In this document: positions 1 through 8,200 of the stretch, one piece after another
Layout: each line of letters starts with the position of its first letter
How positions within the stretch are numbered: position 1 is the first letter of the stretch
Origin: Rhodocyclales bacterium
GTDB taxonomy: Bacteria; Pseudomonadota; Gammaproteobacteria; Burkholderiales; Rhodocyclaceae
Reading direction: 5' to 3'
DNA length: 64,000 nt
Assembly: GCA_016235025.1 (NCBI GenBank)
Contig: JACRMV010000006.1
Coordinates: 172,951-236,950, forward strand
The notes under the pieces: model-generated
Told to the model about the DNA's origin: nothing
What the model saw: only the letters and a program-made list of their open reading frames with translations
Database searches by the model: none
Program-made: the position numbers and the translations under genes

Positions 1-161
1 CCTGACGGCACCATGCCCATCAGTGCTGCGCCGGTGGCAAGCCCGACGCTCTGGCGCAGGAAATCGCGTCGCGAGGATGCATCGGTCACTGCCGTATCCA
101 ATGCGGAACCCGGTACAGAACCAGCATCACCGGCAGACAGAAACGTCTTGTTGTTGGTCAT
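1..161 (-). CDS. 5' part of a Tat-exported protein, probably nitrate/nitrite ABC substrate-binding protein (NrtA/NasF/CmpA-like); runs off the window edge
   Basis: Hand translation MTNNKTFLSAGDAGSVPGSALDTAVTDASSRRDFLRQSVGLATGAALMGMVPS.. has twin-arginine motif SRRDFL plus hydrophobic stretch; GGAGG/AAGGA RBS upstream (alternative in-frame ATG at 167). Product inferred from nasT and ANTAR leader context. Confidence 0.55.
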   Translation of the reverse strand, partial: MTNNKTFLSAGDAGSVPGSALDTAVTDASSRRDFLRQSVGLATGAALMGMVPS

Positions 162-191
162 ATCCATATCCTTTTCCTCCAAAGTCAGCCC

Positions 192-249
192 AAAAAAAAC
201 GGCGCCCGTTGCGCCTCCCGTCAAAACAGGAGACTCAACAGACACCGTT
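192..249 (-). terminator. Leader terminator, mutually exclusive with ANTAR hairpin P2
   Basis: Minus strand AACGGTGTCTGTTG-A-GTCTCCTGT-TTTG-ACGGGAGGC-G-CAACGGGCGCCGTT then T6: 14 bp + 9 bp stem (with G.U) followed by U-tract; 5' arm consumes loop and 3' arm of P2. Confidence 0.8.
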
Positions 250-278
250 GTCCATTCGCGCCAAACCGCCGTTGATTC
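237..278 (-). promoter_or_regulatory. ANTAR-binding dual hairpin (P1 263-278, P2 237-256)
   Basis: GAATC-AACGGC-GGTTT and AATGGAC-AACGGT-GTCTGTT, hexaloops with A1/G4, 6-nt linker; downstream of a sigma54 promoter and next to nasT. Confidence 0.8.
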
Positions 279-296
279 AGCGCACAGGTTCTATAG

Positions 297-312
297 AGCA
301 ACCACCATGCCA
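297..312 (-). promoter_or_regulatory. sigma54 (-24/-12) promoter
   Basis: TGGCATGGTGGTTGCT matches TGGCAY-N5-TTGCW, just upstream of hairpin P1. Confidence 0.8.
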
Positions 313-360
313 GCCCATGCCGAAATCGTTGAAACCCTTGGTACAGCGTGAATAATGGGG

Positions 361-385
361 AAAAGTCGGCGCTGGCGAGACGGTG
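361..385 (+). repeat. Dispersed 25-bp motif, copy 1
   Basis: AAAAGTCGGCG-CTGGCGAG-ACGGTG, intergenic. Confidence 0.75.
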
Positions 386-401
386 GCGGGCCCTCCATTG
401 C

Positions 402-449
402 TGCACCGCAATAGCACGCCCGGGAAATTCCTTGCACCGCAATGAGGCA
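402..449. promoter_or_regulatory. Tandem NtrC-like upstream activator sites
   Basis: TGCACCGCAATAGCACG (402-418) and TGCACCGCAATGAGGCA (433-449), 31 bp apart, resemble TGCACC-N5-GGTGCA; about 90-135 bp upstream of the sigma54 promoter. Confidence 0.6.
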
Positions 450-489
450 TTCTGAAGCGCGTGCTGGAACAGCAGAATTATGACAATAG

Positions 490-1065
490 CTACAGCAAAA
501 ACTTCGCCATCGCCACCAGCTCGGCGGCTGTTTTCCCCAGCGGCTGGGCACGTTCCATGGCCAGCTTGCGCAGCGCGCCATAGGCCTGGTCTTCATCCAG
601 CCCGCGCGTCTTCATCAGGATGCCCTTGGCCTTTTCAATCTGCTTGCGCTCGGACAGTTTGCGGGTTGCCGCCGCCAGTTCCTGCTTCAGATTCTGGTGT
701 TCCTCGAAGCGTGCAATGGCCACGTCGACAATCGGCGCAAGCCGCGCCAGATCAAGGTTATCGACCACATACGCCGACACGCCCGCCCTGAATGCGGCGC
801 GCATCACATCGGCATCGCGCTCCTGCGTCAGGACGATGACCGGGCGCGGCATGTCGCGCGTCATCACCGCCAGATTTTCCAGCGTATCGCGTGACGGCGA
901 GTCCGTCTCGATCAAAATCACATCCGATTTGATGGCCTCGACCTGGGCCGCCAGATCCAGCACGGACGGCAATATCGCCGCCACCTGATAGCCCGCCAGA
1001 ACGAGCGCGGAAGACAGCTCGGCCGCCCGCGCCCGGGATTCGTCGATGATGAGAATGCGCAACAT
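490..1065 (-). CDS. nasT: ANTAR-domain response regulator (AmiR/NasT family)
   Basis: MLRILIIDES.. receiver-like domain plus C-terminal ANTAR (ERKQIEKAKGILMK..AYGALRKLAM); start moved to 1065. Confidence 0.85.
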   Translation of the reverse strand: MLRILIIDESRARAAELSSALVLAGYQVAAILPSVLDLAAQVEAIKSDVILIETDSPSRDTLENLAVMTRDMPRPVIVLTQERDADVMRAAFRAGVSAYVVDNLDLARLAPIVDVAIARFEEHQNLKQELAAATRKLSERKQIEKAKGILMKTRGLDEDQAYGALRKLAMERAQPLGKTAAELVAMAKFLL

Positions 1066-1162
1066 GCAGAAAGTGCACGCAAGAGGCGTGCCGCAACGCA
1101 GCACGCCTCTTTGCAGCACAACGGCATCACATGCTTTGGCTTGGCGCAACAGGCAGCAACGG

Positions 1163-1187
1163 GAAAGTCGGCGCGGGTGCTACGGTG
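1163..1187 (+). repeat. Dispersed 25-bp motif, copy 2
   Basis: GAAAGTCGGCG-CGGGTGCT-ACGGTG, intergenic. Confidence 0.65.
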
Positions 1188-1289
1188 CAGGAATCGGCAC
1201 CAGCGGCTTATTTCAGTTGCGAAAAACCCATCTGCCGCATTGACGCGCCAGATGGGTCTGATGAGCACTCAGGGCACCGATCGGGCCAC

Positions 1290-1540
1290 TCAGAACTTAG
1301 CCTCGGCCCAGAGCCAGAACTTGTCGGTATCGACGAACCCGGCCGTTTTGGCATTGAAGGTGGCGTACTTGATGCCGACCAGGTAGTTCTTGGCGATGGC
1401 CTTGGTCGCTTGCAGATCCCATTCCGCGCCATAGTGCGCATTTACGCTATGCACGCCTTTGGCCAGGCCGGCTTCGAGGAAGCTGTAGTCGACGCGGTAA
1501 TCCGCCGGGTTGTTCTTGGCGCCCTGCCCGCCCATCCCGG
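1290..1540 (-). pseudogene. C-terminal remnant of an outer-membrane beta-barrel (alginate-export-like porin typical of nas clusters)
   Basis: NPADYRVDYSFLEAGL..HYGAEWDLQ..VGIKYATF..TDKFWLWAEAKF* shows beta-strand alternation and terminal Phe; no signal peptide, begins right after the PPIase stop. Family from recall. Confidence 0.6.
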
Positions 1541-2338
1541 CTACTGCACCAGCGGCGTATCAGCTGCTTCGATGTCCACGCCCTCGATCGTGGCGGCGCC
1601 AGCGAGCAGAAGAAGGTATTGCCGCAATGCCGTCGCATATGTTCTTTGCCGCAGGGCCATGACGACGGCGCCCTGTACGACGTCGAACGCCTGCTCCACG
1701 CCGGGTTGGCGTTCCAGTATCTCCACCACGTGCAGGCCGAAGCGGCTGTGCACCAGACGGGGCAGGACACCGACCTCAGCGTGGCCAAACACTTCTTTTG
1801 CGAACTCCGGGGCGCAGTCTGCCGCAGTCAGCCAGCCGAGCTCGCCGCCTTCGGCGCCGCTCGGGCAATTCGACAAGGTGCGCGCCGCCTTGACGAATTC
1901 ATCGGCCGCGTTTCCGTCATGACAGCGCACGCTCAACAAGGCGGCTTCCGCACGGTTGCGCAGGGCGACGACATCGACCCCTGGCGTTACAGCAAACAGG
2001 ATGTGGCGCACGCGCACGCGCTCGCCCGTGCTGTACGCGCTCCGGTGCGCGGCATGGTAGCGGCGGCAGGTCTCCTCGTCCGGCTCGGGCAGAACGATGT
2101 TCTGCTCCAGCAAGGCTTCTATCGCGCTGGCGGCAGCGGCGCTGAGTATCCCATCGGCCGAAGGCAGATCGTCGCCTGCCAGCAAGCCCGAGGAAATCGC
2201 CGCCTGGCGCAGGAGTTCGACGCAGGCGCGCTGACGCAACTCGGCGGCCGCCAGGGATTCGGCGGCGCTATTGAGCGCCACGCCATTGACGCGGGCGATC
2301 GGAGACTGCACGGGACGTTCACTCTGCATGGTATCCAT
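1541..2338 (-). CDS. PpiC-type peptidylprolyl isomerase of the nar operon (NifM-like)
   Basis: VRVRHILFAV..LSNCPSGAEGGELGW..HSRFGLHVV parvulin motifs; directly after narI. Confidence 0.85.
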   Translation of the reverse strand: MDTMQSERPVQSPIARVNGVALNSAAESLAAAELRQRACVELLRQAAISSGLLAGDDLPSADGILSAAAASAIEALLEQNIVLPEPDEETCRRYHAAHRSAYSTGERVRVRHILFAVTPGVDVVALRNRAEAALLSVRCHDGNAADEFVKAARTLSNCPSGAEGGELGWLTAADCAPEFAKEVFGHAEVGVLPRLVHSRFGLHVVEILERQPGVEQAFDVVQGAVVMALRQRTYATALRQYLLLLAGAATIEGVDIEAADTPLVQ

Positions 2339-2340
2339 CC

Positions 2341-3075
2341 TCAAAACCCCGCGCCCGGACGCCGCAACGGATCGTGTCCTGCGGGCAGATTGAGGCGGCG
2401 GGAGCGCACACTCTGGTAAGGCCGCGTCAGGTAGGCCACCGTGCCAAAACCGCTCCACACGTGCACCAGCCGGGTGAAGGGAAAGATCAGGAAGATGCTC
2501 ATGCCGAGGAACATGTGGGTCTTGAATATCCAGCCCGCCTCAGCCAGAAGCTCCGCAGCGCCGGGACGGAAGGTGACGATGCGCTGCGCCCATTCCGCCA
2601 GCAGCAGCATCATGCCGCCGTCAAGATGCTGCGCCGAGAGGGGGATGGTCGCCAGTCCCAATGCCAGCTGCAACCACAGCACGACCAGGATCAGGATATC
2701 GCTGGTTCTGGAATTGATGCGGATACGTTCGTCGCTCAGGCGGCGGTGCAGCAGCACCGACAGCCCGATGATCGCCAGCGTCCCGGCAATGCCGCCGGAA
2801 ACCATGGCCAGCATCTGCTTCGTACCCGCGCCGAGAAAGGGCTCGTACAAGAAGTGCGGAGTGAGCATGCCGAAAAAATGGCCGAAAAACAGGAACAGGA
2901 CGCCAACGTGGAACAGGTTGCTGCCCAGGCGCAACTGGCCCCGGCGCAACATCTCCGATGAATCGCTTTTCCATGTGTACTGATCCCGGTCGAAGCGGAT
3001 CAGGCTGCCCAGGAAAAAAACGCTCAGGCAGATATAGGGGTAATAACCGAACAGAAAACCGTCAAGGTAGCTCAT
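2341..3075 (-). CDS. narI: Respiratory nitrate reductase gamma subunit
   Basis: YPYICLSVFFLGSLIRFDRDQYTWKSDSS; heme-ligand His in LFHVG/FFGHF and KTHMFLG/LVHVWS. Confidence 0.97.
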   Translation of the reverse strand: MSYLDGFLFGYYPYICLSVFFLGSLIRFDRDQYTWKSDSSEMLRRGQLRLGSNLFHVGVLFLFFGHFFGMLTPHFLYEPFLGAGTKQMLAMVSGGIAGTLAIIGLSVLLHRRLSDERIRINSRTSDILILVVLWLQLALGLATIPLSAQHLDGGMMLLLAEWAQRIVTFRPGAAELLAEAGWIFKTHMFLGMSIFLIFPFTRLVHVWSGFGTVAYLTRPYQSVRSRRLNLPAGHDPLRRPGAGF

Positions 3076-3764
3076 GCGACTGCTCCTGAAGAAGGTGGTG
3101 ATTTACGAACGAGGTGAATGGGTTGGGTGTGGCCGGGCCGGGCCTGCCCCTGGGTGGAGCAACCGTCGAATACCACCGGTTCGGCCCAGGTCGCATCCAG
3201 CGGCGGCTCATCGGGGATGGCCTGCATGGCCTGCACCGGCTCGCCGGCCAGCTCCAGCAGCGCGCCGGGAATGCTGGCATACGCACTCTGCCGCTGCTGC
3301 AAGGCATTGAAGATGGCGTTGAAGATATGCGCCATCTCCGACAAAAAAGCGCGGGCCTCTTTAGACGGCTGGGTCGAGACAAACTCGAGGACGACCGGCA
3401 GATAATCGGGCAGCTCGCCGGGGGCAAGGTACAGCCCGGCCTGTTCATAGGTTTGCGCCAGATCGACCATGGCCGGGCCACGGTCGCGCGAATCGCCATG
3501 CACATGCTCGAACAGGTGCAATGAGGTGGCGCGTCCATGGTCGAACAGGTTCACATAATCCGCTTCGACAACGAGCGGCGGAGTCGAACCCAGCGCAGCG
3601 ATCAGCGTGTCGAGCGCAGCCAGGCGGGCCGGAGAAAGGCTGCCTTCCCGCTGCAGCGCCTCGCGCAGGCCGGGCAGCTGCTCGCGCAGCTCGGCATCGG
3701 GATAGGACAGCAACCGCGCCAGCGCCCGCAGGCTCAAGGGGGCATGTGGAATGGACATGGTCAT
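3072..3764 (-). CDS. narJ: Nitrate reductase molybdenum cofactor assembly chaperone
   Basis: SLHLFEHVHGDSRDRGPAMVDL..GELPDYLP motifs; between narH and narI. Confidence 0.95.
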   Translation of the reverse strand: MTMSIPHAPLSLRALARLLSYPDAELREQLPGLREALQREGSLSPARLAALDTLIAALGSTPPLVVEADYVNLFDHGRATSLHLFEHVHGDSRDRGPAMVDLAQTYEQAGLYLAPGELPDYLPVVLEFVSTQPSKEARAFLSEMAHIFNAIFNALQQRQSAYASIPGALLELAGEPVQAMQAIPDEPPLDATWAEPVVFDGCSTQGQARPGHTQPIHLVRKSPPSSGAVA

Positions 3765-5284
3765 ACCTCCAGCTTGATTGGAATGGTGCGCTTCTTGGCG
3801 CCGCCAAAGAGGCTGGCATCGCTGGCGCCATCGGAGCAGCCATTGCCAAACGAGAAGCCGCAGCCGCCGCGCACATCGAAGGTGTTCTCGGCATATTCGC
3901 GGTGTGTCGATGGAATCACGAAACGGTCTTCGTAGTTGGCAATCGCCATCACGTGATACATCTCTTCCACTTCCAACGAGCTCATGCCGACCTGTTCCAG
4001 CACGGCGGTATTGATGCGCTGGTTAACATGTTTTTCACGCTGATAGGCGCGCATCGCCAGCATGCGTTCCAGTGCGCGCACCACGGGCACGGTGTCGCCA
4101 GCCGTCAGCAGGTTGGCCAGGTAATTGACTGGAATCCGCAGCTGATTGACGTCCGGGATTTCGCCATTGGCGCCAATCTGTCCGGCATTCGCCGCGGCAC
4201 TGATGGGAGACAGCGGCGGCACATACCAGACCATCGGCAGCGTGCGGTATTCGGGATGCAGTGGCAGCGCCACCTTCCATTCCACCGCCATCTTGTAGAC
4301 GGGGCTGTTGCGGGCCGCCTCCATCCAGGCGTCGGGGATGCCGTCGACTTGCGCCTGGGCAATGACTTCCGGGTCGTTCGGGTCGAGGAAGATATCGAGC
4401 TGGGCCTGGTAAAGATCGCGGTCATGTTCCACGCTGGCGGCTTGCTCGATACGATCTGCATCATAGAGCAGCACCCCCAGGTAGCGGATGCGGCCAACGC
4501 AGGTTTCCGAGCAGACGGTGGGCTGGCCGGCTTCGATGCGCGGGTAGCAGAAGATGCACTTTTCGGCCTTGCCGCTTTTCCAGTTGTAGTAAATCTTCTT
4601 GTACGGGCAGCCGGAAACGCACATGCGCCAGCCGCGGCATTTGTCCTGATCGATCAGGACGATGCCGTCTTCCTCGCGCTTGTAGATCGAGCCCGAAGGG
4701 CAGCTCGCCACGCACGCCGGATTCAGGCAGTGCTCGCATAGCCGGGGCAGGTACATCATGAAGGTGTTTTCGAACTGGCCGTAGATATCCTTCTGGATAT
4801 CATCGAAATTCTTGTCCTGCGACCGCTTGCTGAATTCTCCGCCGAGAATTTCTTCCCAGTTGGGTCCCCATTCGATCTTCTCCATGCGCTGGCCGGTAAT
4901 CAGGCTGCGCGGCCGCGCGGTCGGCGCCGTCTTCATCTCCGGCGCATTCTGCAGGTGCGCATAATCGAAGGTGAAGGGCTCGTAGTAATCGTCGATTTCC
5001 GGCAGGTTCGGATTGGCGAAAATCTTCATCAGAAGTTTCCATTTACCGCCCTGGCGCGGCTCGATCGAGCCATCGGATTTGCGAATCCAGCCGCCGTTCC
5101 ATTTGTCCTGGTTTTCCCATTCCTTGGGGTAACCGATGCCCGGCTTGCTCTCGACGTTGTTGAACCAGGCGTATTCCATGCCGGGGCGGCTGGTCCAGAC
5201 GTTCTTGCAGGTCACCGAACAGGTGTGGCACCCGATGCACTTGTCGAGGTTGAGCACCATGCCGATCTGGGCGCGAATTTTCAT
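3761..5284 (-). CDS. narH: Respiratory nitrate reductase beta subunit
   Basis: MKIRAQIGMVLNLDKCIGCHTCSVTCK and further Fe-S Cys clusters. Confidence 0.98.
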   Translation of the reverse strand: MKIRAQIGMVLNLDKCIGCHTCSVTCKNVWTSRPGMEYAWFNNVESKPGIGYPKEWENQDKWNGGWIRKSDGSIEPRQGGKWKLLMKIFANPNLPEIDDYYEPFTFDYAHLQNAPEMKTAPTARPRSLITGQRMEKIEWGPNWEEILGGEFSKRSQDKNFDDIQKDIYGQFENTFMMYLPRLCEHCLNPACVASCPSGSIYKREEDGIVLIDQDKCRGWRMCVSGCPYKKIYYNWKSGKAEKCIFCYPRIEAGQPTVCSETCVGRIRYLGVLLYDADRIEQAASVEHDRDLYQAQLDIFLDPNDPEVIAQAQVDGIPDAWMEAARNSPVYKMAVEWKVALPLHPEYRTLPMVWYVPPLSPISAAANAGQIGANGEIPDVNQLRIPVNYLANLLTAGDTVPVVRALERMLAMRAYQREKHVNQRINTAVLEQVGMSSLEVEEMYHVMAIANYEDRFVIPSTHREYAENTFDVRGGCGFSFGNGCSDGASDASLFGGAKKRTIPIKLEV

Positions 5285-8200
5285 GTATTTTCTCCTTCAG
5301 CAAGTTCGCTCACGGCAGGACTGGGGGATGCCGGGGTATCGAGCCAATCGATCCTGTCCATCTTGCGCACAATGACAAACTCGTCACGGTTGGCGCCGAT
5401 GGTTCCGTAATAATTGAAGCCATAACTGAATTGCGCGTAGCCGCCGATCATGTGTGTCGGCTTGGTCACGATGCGTGTCACGGAATTGTGAATGCCGCCG
5501 CGCTGACCCGTGATTTCCGATCCCGGCGTGTTGATGGTTTTTTCCTGGGCGTGATACATCATGACCATCCCCGGATTCACCCGCTGACTGACCACCGCGC
5601 GCGCGGCGATGGCGCCGTTGATGTTGAACAGCTCAATCCAGTCGTTGTCGACAATCCCGGCGCGAGTGGCATCATCCTCGCTCATCCAGACGCACGGCCC
5701 GCCACGGCTGAGAGTCAGCATGATCAGGTTGTCGGTGTAGGTGGAGTGAATCCCCCACTTCTGGTGCGGCGTAATGAAGTTCAGCGCGATCTCGGGATGG
5801 CCGTTGGGTTTGATGCCGTGCATGCCGGCGGTGGTCTTCAAATCGACCGGCGGGCGATAACTGGCGAAGCCCTCGCCGAACGCAATCATCCAGGAGTGAT
5901 CCATGTAGAACTGCTGCCGCCCGGTCAGGGTGCGCCAAGGGATCATTTCATGCACATTGGTATAGCCGGCGTTATAGGACACCGTTTCACTCTCGATGCC
6001 GCTCCAGGTGGGTGAGCTGATGATCTTGCGCGGCTGCGCCTGAATATCGCGGAAACGGATTTTTTCATCTTCCCGATGAATCGCCAGATGCGTGTGATCC
6101 AGTCCGGTTTGTTTGCCCAGGGCCTGCCATGCCTTGACCGCCACATGGCCATTGGTCTCCGGGGCGAGTTGCAGGATCATTTCGCAGGCATCGATGTCGC
6201 TTTCGATCCGCGGCATGCCTTGCGTAACGCCCTCGCTCGTAACCAGCCCATTGAGCTGCCCGAGCTGGGTCACTTCGTCCTTGGTGTCCCAGGCAATGCC
6301 CTTGCCGCCATTGCCCAGCTTGTTCATCAGCGGCCCCAGCGCCGTGAAGCGCTTGTACACATTGGGGTAGTCCCGCTCCACAACCACCATGTTGGGCGCG
6401 GTCTTGCCCGGTATCAATTCCACTTCGCCGCGCTTCCAGTCGCGCACGCCCATCGCCTGCGCCAGTTCTGCCGGCGTATCGTGCATCAACGGCGTGAGTA
6501 CCAGCTCCCGCTCGACACCCAGGTGGCCAACGCAGACTTCGCTGAACTTTTTGGCAAAGCCTTTGTAAATATCCCAGTCGCTGCGTGATTGCCAGGCCGG
6601 ATCCACTGCGGTAGACAGCGGATGGATGAACGGGTGCATGTCGCTGGTATTGAGGTCGTTCTTCTCATACCAGGTGGCCGTGGGCAGCACGATGTCGGAA
6701 TACAGGCAGGTCGTGCTCATGCGAAAGTCCAGCGTGACCAGCAGGTCCAGCTTGCCTTCGGGCGCCGTCTCATGCCATGTCACTTCCCTGGGCTTGGCTG
6801 CGTCATGCCCCAAGTCCTTGCCTTGCACGCCATTGCTGGTACCCAGCAGATGCTTGAGGAAATATTCATGGCCTTTGCCGCTGGAACCCAGCAGATTGGA
6901 CCGCCAGATAAACATCACGCGCGGCCAGTTGCCGGGATGATCCGGGTCTTCGCAGCTCATCTTCAGCGAGCCATCCTTGAGCGACTTGACGGCGTAGTCC
7001 TTGACATCCAGTCCCTGCGCCTGCGCATCGCGCACCACCTGCAGCGGATTGGTCTGCAACTGCGGCGCCGAAGGCAGCCAGCCCATGCGCTCGGCGCGCA
7101 CGTTGTAATCGATCATGCTGCCGCCAAACTGCCGCTTGTCTGCCAGCGGCGAGAGAATCTCCTCCACGCCCAGTTTTTCATAGCGCCACTGATCCGTATG
7201 GGCGTAGAAGAAACTGGTGGAGTTCATCTGCCGTGGTGGACGAATCCAGTCGAGGCCAAACGCCAGCGCGGTCCAGCCGGTTTGCGGACGCAGTTTTTCC
7301 TGTCCCACATAGTGCGCCCAGCCGCCACCGCTTTGACCGATACAGCCGCACAGCATCAGCATGTTGATGACGCCGCGGTAGTTCATGTCGCTGTGATACC
7401 AGTGGTTCATGGCCGCGCCGATGATGACCATCGACTTGCCCTGCGTCCGGTGCGCGTTTTCCGCAAACTGGCGCGCCACGGCAATGACCTGCTCGCGCGG
7501 CGCGCCCGTGATGCGCTCCTGCCAGGCCGGCGTGTACGGGGTATCGTCATCAAAGCTGGAGGCGGCCAGTTCGCCCGGCAAACCGCGCGCCACGCCGTAA
7601 TTGGCGACCTGCAAATCGAACACCGTGGCGACCAGCGCGAAACGATCCTCACCCGCCGCTCCCAGCGCAATGCGCTGCACCGGGACGGTACGAACCAGCA
7701 CATCGCCATTCTCGCCCTTGATGGTGTTGTGCTGGAAGTGCTCACTTTCAATGCCGCCAAAGTAAGGAAAGCCAACTTTGGCGGTCTCGGTGCTGGCATG
7801 CTCGCCTTCCATTACGGTCAGCTTGAGCTTGACGGCATCGCCCTGACGCGCGTCTTTCGCCTCCAGGTTCCACTGGCCCGCGTCCAGACGCCCGTCCGCA
7901 CCCCAGCGGAAACCGATCGCGCCATTGGGCAACGCGACCTTGCCCGTCATGTCGAGCGCCACGGTCTTCCACTCGGGGTTATTGGCCTGCCCCATCTGGT
8001 CGCCGAAATCGGATGCGCGGACATAGCGGTCCGGCACCATCACGGTTTCGCCCGATGGCAGGGTGTGTTCCTTGAGCATCACCAGCATCGGCATGTCGGT
8101 GTAGCGGCGCACATAGTCGTCGAAATAGTCGCTGCGGCCGCCGGAAAAATTCGACAGGCCGTTCTGCTCGCTGCCGAAGTAGAACTCTTTCAGGATCACA

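Noticed and set aside
181-204. AAAGTCAGCC-CAAAAAAA-ACGGCG, same spacing as the dispersed motif
   Set aside because: Two core mismatches and a spacer that is the terminator U-tract; not counted.
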